64,000 bases of DNA from Bacteroidota bacterium (lineage in GTDB: Bacteria > Bacteroidota > Ignavibacteria > UBA10030 > JAHEZR01). The stretch spans positions 64,250 to 128,249 of the forward strand of contig JBAWAH010000048.1 in the NCBI GenBank assembly GCA_049589195.1. The letters run 5' to 3'. Below are positions 9,730 to 18,751 of the stretch, piece after piece. Below the pieces are notes generated by a model. The model did not search any database, was not told the origin of the DNA, and worked only from the letters and a program-made list of their open reading frames with translations. The number at the start of each line of letters is the position of its first letter. The stretch's first letter is position 1. Both the position numbers and the translations under genes were made by a program.

Positions 9730-12225
9730 TTACTCTAACAGATTTCGATGCTCCTCGAGCCAGTCGCAGTACTCGATCTGGTCAATGATGAAGTTCATGT
9801 CTCCTTCGTTCATCGTGGAATTCAATGAATGCCAGAAATGGATCTTTGCACTCTGGAAATCCTTCAGACGAAGGAGACAGAACCCGAGCGTCTTTTCCAA
9901 CTCGTAGTCCAGGACTGGATCATTAAAGTGCTTTCTTATTCCTTTGGATGTATTCAGGTCGATGCTCGAAAGCTCTTTCAAAGCCGCCTCGTATCTTTCC
10001 TGGCGAAGGTATACTTTCCCAAGGAGATAAAGTGTTATCGGATTCTTCGGGTTCTCCGAGAGCGCTTGTTGGAGAATGGAAACCCTGATGGAGTCATTAC
10101 CGCCCGAAGCGAGGAAGCGTCTCATGAACGCGTCGAATTCTGGATGGCGTAGAGCCTCAAGCCTCACCGCCGCTGCTTCATTGTATGCCTCGAGGATATC
10201 GAGCCCTCGAAGGTCCTCGTAGAGATTCTTGGCTTTCGGCTGATGACTGAGAAGCCACTGGCAGTCTCCCAGCGTCAACTTTGACGCGACGAACGCTAGA
10301 GCTTGCGTGCTGTCCTCGAAAATCTCTTGAAGCTGCGTGCTGAGGCTGTCGTATTTCCCGAGTCGAAACTCTAAAGCGAATAATCCCAGCATTGCATCTC
10401 GGCTGTGGCTCATCGCGTAACTCGATTGATAAAGCTGGTATGCCCTCTCGTACTCTTTCTCATTGAATGACGCAGACGCTTCCTCGTTTAGTTGGGCGAT
10501 GGTGCGTGCACACACCTTCCTGAGAATTGATGGTCTCGCAAAGAGGAGTCTAGCTCTTGCGATATCGGTCCGAGGCATTTCGGTCGATTGGAGGTAGAGC
10601 CTCCAGTCTTGAAGAAGATCCTCCAGAGGTTGCCCATAGACTTTCTGGAACTGCCCCCATGGGTAGAGTGCGGTGAACTTCCTCATGCCGTATTCGTCGA
10701 TGAGAAAGCGACAAAACGAGCCGCAGAGGAGGTAACTCACAGTGGTTGGTTTGGCAGCAAACCCGGTGAACGAGAAAACGCTCGAAACGTTGCTCACCAA
10801 GCCGGAGCGAAACAAAGCGGCAGCAACCTGATGGGGTGTCCGGTCTCCGGCATTCCAATCAATGGCAACGGCAAGGCCTTCGATCAACCCGGGGGTCGGA
10901 CTCACCCGGAAGAATGGCATTCCAAAGGCGCCCGCAAGGACATGAACAAGCTCATGTTTGAGACTGTGCTCGAATGAGTCGAGGTTCAGGTGGATTTCTC
11001 GTCTCCAGGGTTTTGCAATGTCTGTTGTGCTTGTTCCGATGAGTCTTTGTTTGATTTCGGGGGTTGGGTAGAGGTAGGAATCGATTCTGTTGTAGAGATT
11101 CACTCGAAGGGCTCTTGTCACTTGCATGTAACGGAACTCATGGACTGCAGCAATCCATCTAATGCGATCTTCATTGACTCCCGTTGAGGAGTAGTAGATG
11201 TTAAAGTGTTGAGTGATGTATTTTGAACCAAGCTGCCGTTGTATGAAACTTGCCGATGATTCAAATTGGAGTTCATTTCTCATTACGTAAGCTGCCGCAA
11301 GGATCAAGAGCCCAAGAACAAAGGAGACATTCTCCACATTCCTCCGGAAGAGGTATCGAAATGTTTTCAGCCTGACGAGGAATCGATCTGATCTCGAAAA
11401 ACGCTCAACGGCGATCAGCGTCACGGAGAGCAGCGTGACACCGGCAATGATGGTAAGAAAGCGAGAGAGGATAAGCGTCCTCGTTATGGTGAGCACTTCG
11501 TCATAAGTGAACCCCGGGAAGTACCCGAAGAAAAGATTGTAGGCAAATAGCTGTGGCGATGCGATTGTGAGGTACAGCGAGTGAAGGAGAATGAGAATGA
11601 AGATAATCGAGTATACAATCATGGGTCGGCGGAACCACACCGCAGTGCTTGTGCCCAAGAAGACGCTAAACAAGATTGTCACGACCGGAATGAGGAAGAA
11701 GAAAGCCAGCCCACTTGAAAACGAACAGTTCTTGACGAAGAATGCGTTGAGCGAGATGAGGATCAGAGGAATGAGCAGAAGGGCAAGGTTCAGGAGAAGA
11801 GCAGAGGAGACGAAGGAGATGAGATCTCTTTTCGAAATGTTCTGTTGCCCTGCAAATTCTCTCCGAAAGAGTCGTATTGTGAGAATGCCAGAACAGAGAC
11901 CGCCGAGGATGCCGATACCGGCAGAGAATTCATATCCGAGATAATTGAAGAGGGGGATCCGACTGAGGATGACTGCAGCAACAGCATAGGCTGTAGCCGT
12001 GACCCAAACCGATCTCGTCCGAAGGATTGTCACCAAGGAATTTGCTTTTGTTGAAGGAGGGATACGGTAGTCAATGGCTGCCACGGGAAGCCGACCGTCC
12101 TCAGAATTCTTCTCCAGCCACTCGCGCGATATCTGCACCAAGGGCTTGAAGTTTCCGCTCGATCTTCTCGTACCCGCGGTCGATGTGATACACCCGGAGC
12201 ACCTCTGTCGTTCCTTCGGCGACAA
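9730..12225 (-). CDS. polytopic membrane protein (~10 TM N-terminal domain) with a periplasmic HExxH-containing domain and C-terminal TPR repeats; start codon uncertain
   Basis: Long hydrophobic N-terminal half, a HELVHVLAG (HExxH) motif, and TPR-like helices at the C-terminus. The called start overlaps the murA 3' end by about 125 nt and the next in-frame Met is far downstream, so the true start is unclear. Confidence 0.55.
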   Translation of the reverse strand: MSPKERQRCSGCITSTAGTRRSSGNFKPLVQISREWLEKNSEDGRLPVAAIDYRIPPSTKANSLVTILRTRSVWVTATAYAVAAVILSRIPLFNYLGYEFSAGIGILGGLCSGILTIRLFRREFAGQQNISKRDLISFVSSALLLNLALLLIPLILISLNAFFVKNCSFSSGLAFFFLIPVVTILFSVFLGTSTAVWFRRPMIVYSIIFILILLHSLYLTIASPQLFAYNLFFGYFPGFTYDEVLTITRTLILSRFLTIIAGVTLLSVTLIAVERFSRSDRFLVRLKTFRYLFRRNVENVSFVLGLLILAAAYVMRNELQFESSASFIQRQLGSKYITQHFNIYYSSTGVNEDRIRWIAAVHEFRYMQVTRALRVNLYNRIDSYLYPTPEIKQRLIGTSTTDIAKPWRREIHLNLDSFEHSLKHELVHVLAGAFGMPFFRVSPTPGLIEGLAVAIDWNAGDRTPHQVAAALFRSGLVSNVSSVFSFTGFAAKPTTVSYLLCGSFCRFLIDEYGMRKFTALYPWGQFQKVYGQPLEDLLQDWRLYLQSTEMPRTDIARARLLFARPSILRKVCARTIAQLNEEASASFNEKEYERAYQLYQSSYAMSHSRDAMLGLFALEFRLGKYDSLSTQLQEIFEDSTQALAFVASKLTLGDCQWLLSHQPKAKNLYEDLRGLDILEAYNEAAAVRLEALRHPEFDAFMRRFLASGGNDSIRVSILQQALSENPKNPITLYLLGKVYLRQERYEAALKELSSIDLNTSKGIRKHFNDPVLDYELEKTLGFCLLRLKDFQSAKIHFWHSLNSTMNEGDMNFIIDQIEYCDWLEEHRNLLE

Positions 12226-13363
12226 GTCCCGCGAGAATCAACGATGCTGAGGCACGCAGATCGGTGGACATGACCTTTGCCCCTTTGAGGCTCTTCACAC
12301 CTTTAACGACTGCAAGATTCTCTTCAAGCTCGATGTTTGCCCCAAGACGGTTGAGTTCGGGCACATGCTTGAATCGGTCGAAGTAGATTGTATCCTTGAC
12401 GACGGCGGAGCCATTCGCGATGGACATCAGGGCGATCCACTGTGCTTGCAGATCGGTTGGAAAGCCAGGGTGGATAGCTGTTGTGACGTCGACCGGACGA
12501 ATTGATTCTGATGCGACGAGCTCGATGCTGCCCTTGTTCACGAAGAGCTGCGCACCCGTGGCCTCGAGCTTTGCAAGCAATGCTGTCAGGTGCTGGGGAT
12601 CACAGTTCTGGACGCGCACTTTGCCGCCAGCAAGAGCGCCAGCGATGAGGAATGTTCCTGCTTCAATCCGATCGGGTATCGTCGTTTCGTCCGCCGGATG
12701 AAGCTCGGCAACACCTTCAATCTCGAGTCTGTTCGTTCCGATGCCATAAACTCTCGCGCCCATCTTTACGAGGAAACTCGCCAGCTCTGTTATTTCCGGC
12801 TCGATGGCTGCATTCTCAATGATAGTTGTTCCTTTTGCCAACACGGCGGCCATCATGACGTTTCCCGTCGCACCGACGCTTGACACATCGAATGTGATTC
12901 TTGCTCCCCTGAGCCGTCCGGCCTTTGCTACAATGTAGCCTGAGTCGAGCACGACTTCAGCGCCGAGTTTTTGGATTCCCTCGATATGTAGGTTTACTGG
13001 CCTGGGTCCCCATGCACAGCCCCCAGGGAGAGAGACCTTTGCGTAGCCGTAGCGCGCCACGAGAGGGCCGAGGACATATATTGAAGCCCTCATTTTCTTG
13101 ACGTGTTCGTACGAGGCCTCATAGCTTGTCACATGTGAGCTGTCGATGGTGAGCACGTGGTCCTTCAGTTCAAGCTGAAGTCCCATCGTCTCTAGCATCC
13201 GGGACATCGTCGTCACGTCACGGAGGACAGGGGTGTTGGAAAGTCTGTATCTCCCCTCAGCAAGGAGAGTGGCAGGCATGAGGGCGAGGGTGGCGTTCTT
13301 GGCACCGCTGACATTCACGGTACCGTTCAGAACCTTCCCGCCGTGTATGATGAATTTGTCCAA
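12101..13363 (-). CDS. murA: UDP-N-acetylglucosamine 1-carboxyvinyltransferase
   Basis: MurA signatures throughout (KNATLALMPATLLAEG, ...GGCAWGPRPVNLH..). The probable true start is the TTG at 13363, giving MDKFIIHGG, the canonical MurA N-terminus. The ORF-caller's upstream GTG at 13399 adds 12 non-conserved residues. Confidence 0.9.
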   Translation of the reverse strand: MDKFIIHGGKVLNGTVNVSGAKNATLALMPATLLAEGRYRLSNTPVLRDVTTMSRMLETMGLQLELKDHVLTIDSSHVTSYEASYEHVKKMRASIYVLGPLVARYGYAKVSLPGGCAWGPRPVNLHIEGIQKLGAEVVLDSGYIVAKAGRLRGARITFDVSSVGATGNVMMAAVLAKGTTIIENAAIEPEITELASFLVKMGARVYGIGTNRLEIEGVAELHPADETTIPDRIEAGTFLIAGALAGGKVRVQNCDPQHLTALLAKLEATGAQLFVNKGSIELVASESIRPVDVTTAIHPGFPTDLQAQWIALMSIANGSAVVKDTIYFDRFKHVPELNRLGANIELEENLAVVKGVKSLKGAKVMSTDLRASASLILAGLVAEGTTEVLRVYHIDRGYEKIERKLQALGADIARVAGEEF

Positions 13364-13551
13364 TGTAAAGACTCGGTGTGACTGGGGATTGGGAGGCACA
13401 AATCAAAACGCACGCGGTAATATACGGCAAATCCCTGCGAAGTTCAATTGACAGAAGACGCGCTGAAAGACTTGCAATTTGTTCTCACGTCAATTACCTT
13501 TGACTATCATCGGTTCAACCCCTCTGTCTCCCACTTAAGAGTATACTCACC

Positions 13552-14208
13552 ATGGCCTCCGATCAGAGACTCTTCGTTGCCGTAGCGGGGAACATCGGCT
13601 CTGGAAAGTCCACCCTCACGAAGTTGCTCAGCGGTCACTTCAACTGGGAACCATATTTCGAATCGGTCGATGACAATCCCTACCTGAGCGACTTCTACGC
13701 GGACATGAAACGCTGGTCCTTTCATCTCCAGGTCTATTTCCTCTCAAAGCGGTTCATGAATCAGAAGCAGATCCTCGACTCGGAGCGCTCGATCATCCAG
13801 GATCGCACGATCTATGAGGATGCAGAGATCTTCGCCCGCAACCTTTATGAGATCGGTCAGATGAATGAACGAGACTACAGGAATTACCGTGAGCTGTTCA
13901 AGGTGATGACAAACTACCTCAAGGCACCGGACTTACTCATCTACCTCCGTGCGTCCGTGGACACGCTGCTTCGTCAGATCGCGATGCGAGGAAGGGATTT
14001 TGAGAAGGGGATTACCCAGGAATACCTTGAGCAGCTCAACCGCCACTACGAGGACTGGATTTCTCACTACAATCTTGGACCGCTCCTCTGCATAAAATCA
14101 GACGCGATCGACTTCGTCAAGAACGGCCACCATTTCCTCGGAATTGTGGAGTCAGTGGAATCCAAGCTGAAGGAAATTGGCGTGTTGGTCTCTTCCCCAG
14201 CTTCATAA
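13552..14208 (+). CDS. deoxynucleoside kinase (dAK/dGK/dCK family)
   Basis: P-loop VAGNIGSGKSTL, then ...EPYFESVDDNPYL..F and the DRT(I)YED motif of the dNK family. Confidence 0.85.
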   Translation: MASDQRLFVAVAGNIGSGKSTLTKLLSGHFNWEPYFESVDDNPYLSDFYADMKRWSFHLQVYFLSKRFMNQKQILDSERSIIQDRTIYEDAEIFARNLYEIGQMNERDYRNYRELFKVMTNYLKAPDLLIYLRASVDTLLRQIAMRGRDFEKGITQEYLEQLNRHYEDWISHYNLGPLLCIKSDAIDFVKNGHHFLGIVESVESKLKEIGVLVSSPAS

Positions 14209-14217
14209 TGGTAATTA

Positions 14218-15879
14218 TCAAACGCCCAGCTTCTTCTTGTATTCCCTTTCATTCTTGAGTAGTTCGATCGCCACGCGCAACTGTCTATCATCTTTCAAAC
14301 CCGCTCGTATTCTCCCCTGCTCGCCGTAGTATCGACTCGAGAGTTCAGCCGCGAGGGCTTGCCGTATCTCGTCAGCGTGACGTGTGAACTCATTTGCCTT
14401 CTCTTCTGAAACGTCTTTGAGTATTCGATCGATGTCCTTGAAAATACCCGAGCCGTACTTTTCTTTCTGCGCGATCTCCTTCAACTCCGCAACCTTCGTT
14501 TCGCTTTCCTCTTGATACTTGAAGTGTTCTTCCTGGAGATACTTCTTGAAATCTGAGAAGATAGAATCGCTCAACTCAAAGTTCTCCGGCAGGGTCTTGT
14601 GTTCGGAAGCGAAGTGCGTTGCATACTTGAAGAACTCTGCCTTCTGAATCAACTCCTTCATCAACTGGCTTTGACCATCCTCGGTAACCACGGTATCAGG
14701 GAGAATTCCCCCGGCCTCATAAACTTTTCGGCCATGAGCAGTACGGTACTCTCGGCGCAAGCTGTCCGGCGTGACCGGGACGGCACCATCCTTTCCTTTC
14801 TGAGAGTAGTCAAGCTCCTGGATGCACCGCCCACTCGGCGTGTAATATCGAGCGGTTGTTACCTTCAATGACGTGTTGTAGCTGAGCGGAAGTATCGTCT
14901 GGACGAGACCTTTTCCGAACGTCTGTGTTCCCACAATGACACCTCGGTCGAGATCTTGAATTCCGCCTGCAACGATCTCACTGGCACTCGCGCTCATCTT
15001 GTTCACCAGAACAGCCAACTGTGCGTCGCCAAGCATCGGTTCTTCATTTGCAGTGTACTTCTTTTCGGCATCGCTCCGTCGTCCCTTTGTCGTCACAATC
15101 AGACTGCCGCGTAGGACGAACTTCTCAGCGACATCGACGGCAACATCGAGAAGCCCACCTGGGTTGTCGCGCAAATCCAGCACAACTCCTTTGATGGCTC
15201 CCTTTGCCTTCAAATCCTTGAGTGTTTGCCGCAACTCGTCACCAGCTGTCCGGCTGAACCGGTCGAGTTTGATGTACGCGATGCCATCATCGACGAAGCC
15301 GGCGTAAGAGATGTTCTTCGGCCGGATCTCTTCGCGCACGAGGACGAAATCAAGGGGGGTCTTTTCTTCTTCGCGCTCAATCTTCACTCGTACTTCGGTT
15401 CCGGGTTCGCCGCGAACAAGCGCACGCACGGAATCGAGCTTCATCCCCGTTACCTGACGGCCGTCCACTTCGAGAAGCCGGTCTCCGGTGCGTATGCCTT
15501 GCTTGAAAGCTGAATACCCTTCCATCGGATAGATGACGGTGACCTTTCCATCCCGGAGTCCGATCGTAACACCGATGCCGCCATATTTTCCAGTCGTGAT
15601 GAGTTCGACTTCTTCTTTTTCATTCTCATCGATGAAAACAGTGTACGGGTCGAGTGTCCCGAGCATCCCGTCGATCCCGGAGCGCATAAACCTTTCCGGA
15701 TCCACCTCATTGACGTAATTGCTCATAATCTCCTTGTACACTTTCCCGAAGATATCGATTCCCTTGTTAATCTTGAAGTAATAGTCGGTGTCTCCGGAGA
15801 AGACAAACCCCATGGAGCAAATAAGGATGAATAGGAAGACAATAGAAGACAGAGCTGATACCGTTCTGTGCTTTACCAT
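14218..15879 (-). CDS. ctpA: carboxyl-terminal processing protease (S41 family, PDZ-containing)
   Basis: Signal/TM anchor, PDZ domain (GDRLLEVDGRQV), and S41 catalytic regions (DLRDNPGGLLD, ...SASASEIVAGG...). Convergent with the dNK gene with a 9-nt gap. Confidence 0.9.
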   Translation of the reverse strand: MVKHRTVSALSSIVFLFILICSMGFVFSGDTDYYFKINKGIDIFGKVYKEIMSNYVNEVDPERFMRSGIDGMLGTLDPYTVFIDENEKEEVELITTGKYGGIGVTIGLRDGKVTVIYPMEGYSAFKQGIRTGDRLLEVDGRQVTGMKLDSVRALVRGEPGTEVRVKIEREEEKTPLDFVLVREEIRPKNISYAGFVDDGIAYIKLDRFSRTAGDELRQTLKDLKAKGAIKGVVLDLRDNPGGLLDVAVDVAEKFVLRGSLIVTTKGRRSDAEKKYTANEEPMLGDAQLAVLVNKMSASASEIVAGGIQDLDRGVIVGTQTFGKGLVQTILPLSYNTSLKVTTARYYTPSGRCIQELDYSQKGKDGAVPVTPDSLRREYRTAHGRKVYEAGGILPDTVVTEDGQSQLMKELIQKAEFFKYATHFASEHKTLPENFELSDSIFSDFKKYLQEEHFKYQEESETKVAELKEIAQKEKYGSGIFKDIDRILKDVSEEKANEFTRHADEIRQALAAELSSRYYGEQGRIRAGLKDDRQLRVAIELLKNEREYKKKLGV

Positions 15880-16565
15880 CGTACTCCTCCACTGTGTTTT
15901 TCCTTCAAGAGCTTCAACCGTTGTGAAACGACTGCCCAGATCTTCTCTTTCAAAACATCTATTGGCTCAATTCCGTTCAGCACGACAAATCGACGAGTCT
16001 CCGTCCGTGCGATTTCAAGGTACCCCTCTCGAACGCGGTCGTAGAACGCCTTCCCAGAACTTTCCATCCGATCTTCCCTCAATCCGGCCAGAGCCTTCCG
16101 GCGTTCGACTTCGCTGGAGTCAATGTCGAGATAGAACGTGAGATCCGGTGAGACTCCCCAGGTGGCGATACGGTTGAGCGTCTTCACTCCTTCGTGGTCA
16201 ATGCCTCGGCCCCAGCCCTGATACGCAGTGGTTGAGTCATAAAATCGATCACACACCACCAGATCACCTCTTTCGAGCGCTGGTTTGATGACGTCACTCA
16301 CTAGCTGCGCGCGAGCAGCGGAGAAGAGGAAGAGTTCAGTGGTGTGGCTCATATTGCTATGCTTCGTGTCAAGAAGGATTGTGCGTATTCGTTCGGAGAG
16401 ATCCGTTCCCCCCGGCTCTCTGAGAAACAAGACTCTTCTCCTCGGCAGGATGTGCTCGGATGCGACATCGTCTTCGGCTTTTTGAATCTTCTCGAGACGC
16501 TCAACCAGCAGTTTGGCCTGCGTGGTCTTTCCCGAACAATCTAAGCCTTCGAACGTGATCAGCAT
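15873..16565 (-). CDS. tmk: thymidylate kinase
   Basis: MLITFEGLDCSGKTTQ P-loop, DRF.DSTTAYQG, LID region. Confidence 0.9.
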   Translation of the reverse strand: MLITFEGLDCSGKTTQAKLLVERLEKIQKAEDDVASEHILPRRRVLFLREPGGTDLSERIRTILLDTKHSNMSHTTELFLFSAARAQLVSDVIKPALERGDLVVCDRFYDSTTAYQGWGRGIDHEGVKTLNRIATWGVSPDLTFYLDIDSSEVERRKALAGLREDRMESSGKAFYDRVREGYLEIARTETRRFVVLNGIEPIDVLKEKIWAVVSQRLKLLKEKHSGGVRW

Positions 16566-16717
16566 AGAACTCCGTGGGAGAGGGTTGTCACTGCCCCGTC
16601 ATCATCGACAATAAAGCAAATATTGGCAAAATTTGCAATCAGGCCACGCTTGATTATCTGCCCAATTTCAACTAATTTCGTTTGAAGTGTTGTCTTCTGC
16701 CTCAACCATTCCATTGC

Positions 16718-17374
16718 ATGCCGAAAAGACCAGGGAAGAAGGCGCAGGATCGCGTCGGTGACCAGAGCAGAGGGAAACTCCCCGGCGCTCCATCGGATTC
16801 CCGCAGACAGGACTCAGAAACCATCAAGGATGCTCTCCGAGGCGATCAGGCTGCTTACCAGAAGTTGATGCGCAAGTATCATGATGCGATTTACATGCTT
16901 ATCTATCGCATGGTGAGAGAAAAGGCCGAGGTTGAAGACCTAACCCAGGAGGCCTTCATTAAGGCATTTGCTTCACTCGGAAATTTCAACAACGAGTACG
17001 CTTTCTCGACGTGGCTGTACAAGATTGCAACCAACAATTGCATCGACTATATCAGGCGGAAGAAACTCCAGCCTTTTTCACTCGATAAGCCCGTCGATTC
17101 TGATCAGGATCAATACACCTTTGAAGTCCCAGATACTTCGTTCGAGGCAGATAAACCAATAATTGAGCGACAAAGGGCTAAGTTCCTTGAGGAAGCGATT
17201 GATGCCCTGCCGGAGAAGTACCGGCGCGTGATCATCCTTCGGCACAAAGAGGAAAGAGACTACCGTGAGATTGCGAAGATGCTTCATCTACCTCTCGGCA
17301 CTGTGAAGGCCCATCTCTTCCGAGCGCGTGAACTCCTAAAGAAATACCTGCGGAACAAGATCCAACAGTTCTAG
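16718..17374 (+). CDS. ECF-type RNA polymerase sigma factor (sigma-70 family, regions 2 and 4)
   Basis: Region 2 (DLTQEAFIKAF...WLYKIATNNCIDYIRRKK) and region 4 (YRRVIILRHKEERDYREIAKMLHLPLGTVKAHLFRAR). The ORF-caller starts at TTG 16682; the ATG at 16718 (MPKRPGKK) is the more likely start. Confidence 0.85.
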   Translation: MPKRPGKKAQDRVGDQSRGKLPGAPSDSRRQDSETIKDALRGDQAAYQKLMRKYHDAIYMLIYRMVREKAEVEDLTQEAFIKAFASLGNFNNEYAFSTWLYKIATNNCIDYIRRKKLQPFSLDKPVDSDQDQYTFEVPDTSFEADKPIIERQRAKFLEEAIDALPEKYRRVIILRHKEERDYREIAKMLHLPLGTVKAHLFRARELLKKYLRNKIQQF

Positions 17375-17451
17375 CCCCGCAACATTTGCCAATTCACTGC
17401 CGTATATGTAAGTGGCAGCGTGTCAATGCACAGAAGCCAGGATTTTTTGAA

Positions 17452-18357
17452 ATGCATCGCAGATCGTGGACATACGCAATTCTCCTTGGGGCTCCGGTTC
17501 TCCTTGTGACTTCTCTGGGAGCGGTTCTCTTTCTTGGCCTCGGTTCCGGTCGGCGTGAGATCATCCGGACCACGGAAAAGGAACTCGACGTGAAGCTCCA
17601 GGCGGCCTTCGGCACTGTGTACGTATCGAGGGGCGACCCAAAGAAGATTTGCACCATCGACATCAGAGACAATGACAACGACAAAAAAAGAGGGACGGTC
17701 AACTACAAGATTAGTGATGGCGTAGGTAAGCTCGATATCGATCTCAGCAAGTTCGGAGAGTCAGAGTCAGGAACCGAGGAGAAGCACAATCTTGATCTTG
17801 GGGATATCGAATCCGGGAAGTGGTACGTCCGGCTTACGGATCAAATCCCGATCTCATTCGACGTAGAGCTAGGGGTCGGGAAAGGTGACTTTGATTGCTC
17901 TGGTCTCCTGATTAAGAACTTTGTCCTCTCGACAGGCGCGAGCTCAGTGAACCTTCGTTTCCCTCAGCCGAACAGAGTTCAGATTGACAATATGAAGATC
18001 GAAACAGGTGTCAGTAAGTTCGTCGGCGAGGGGCTTGGAAATGCAAACTTCCGGAACTTTCAATTCAGCGGGGGAGTGGGAAGTTATCTTCTCGACTTCA
18101 CTGGCGAGCTGAGAAGGGAAGTAGACGTGAAAGTTGAAGTGGGCTTGGGGAGTGTAACCATTGTCGTCCCGCGAGATGTCGGTGCCCGCGTTCTCTACCA
18201 GGAGAGTTGGGTCTCTAAGATAGATCTTGATAGAGACTTTGAAGAGAAACGGGATGGCCAGTACTTCAGCGACAATTACAACACTGCTTCAAGCCGGATG
18301 AACATCAGCGTTGAGTCCGGCTTCGGTCATGTCAAGATTCAGCGTGTGAGTCCATAA
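17452..18357 (+). CDS. membrane-anchored protein with a DUF4097/LiaF-like beta-helical domain; possible ECF-sigma-associated regulator
   Basis: Single N-terminal TM (WTYAILLGAPVLLVTSLGAVLFLGL), then a repetitive beta-strand-rich domain (VELGVGKGDFDCSG, VEVGLGSVTIVVP) resembling DUF4097/YvlB-type adhesin-like domains. Starts 11 nt (called ORF) to 77 nt (probable ATG 17452) after the ECF sigma gene. Confidence 0.5.
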   Translation: MHRRSWTYAILLGAPVLLVTSLGAVLFLGLGSGRREIIRTTEKELDVKLQAAFGTVYVSRGDPKKICTIDIRDNDNDKKRGTVNYKISDGVGKLDIDLSKFGESESGTEEKHNLDLGDIESGKWYVRLTDQIPISFDVELGVGKGDFDCSGLLIKNFVLSTGASSVNLRFPQPNRVQIDNMKIETGVSKFVGEGLGNANFRNFQFSGGVGSYLLDFTGELRREVDVKVEVGLGSVTIVVPRDVGARVLYQESWVSKIDLDRDFEEKRDGQYFSDNYNTASSRMNISVESGFGHVKIQRVSP

Positions 18358-18533
18358 CTCCAAGGCCGAGCTCTCTCCACCTACTTGAAGTCAGTTATCC
18401 TTCTCGTTTCCCCGATTTCCCCTCCTCTGAGACTGCAGAAGTAAACACCGCTCGCAAGAGTTTCTCTACCGGACGATTTCCTCACACCGCCCTCCTGGTC
18501 TCTAGAGGAATGTTGAAATAGGTCCTTGATTTG

Positions 18534-18557
18534 GTAGGTCAGACATTCTTGTCTGAC
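18534..18557. repeat. REP-like element: GTAGG + perfect hairpin (gtcagaca / ttct / tgtctgac)
   Basis: Lies in the convergent intergenic region between 18357 and 18752. Identical 24-nt core to the copy at 48140..48163 and architecturally matched to 46276..46312. Confidence 0.7.
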
Positions 18558-18751
18558 AAGAATTTATCCTTTTGTTCTAGAATGACAGGCAAATCCCAAA
18601 GGGATGCCTTCGGCAAATGCCTCTCCCACTGTGAAAAATAGTTTTTCAACACCTTGCTAAGTATTCAGAAGATGCGCTGCCCGAAGCCGGCAATCTCAGA
18701 CAACGAAGAGCGAAGAATGTCTCCTATACTCTTTGGAGACTGTAGTACGTT

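Noticed and set aside
9290-9907. 205-aa plus-strand ORF spanning the GT9 / membrane-protein junction
   Set aside because: Antisense to two well-supported minus-strand genes and has no motifs.
13505-13535. tRNA-like T-loop string (ggttcaacccc) in the murA-dNK intergenic region
   Set aside because: No matching acceptor stem, D-arm or anticodon arm upstream. The region is better explained as a divergent promoter.
18358-18751. Possible CRISPR array or ncRNA in the 394-nt convergent intergenic region
   Set aside because: Only a single REP hairpin and short imperfect direct repeats (gcaaatccc / gcaaatgcc). No regularly spaced repeat-spacer structure. No rRNA/tRNA/RNase P/tmRNA-like signatures recognised.
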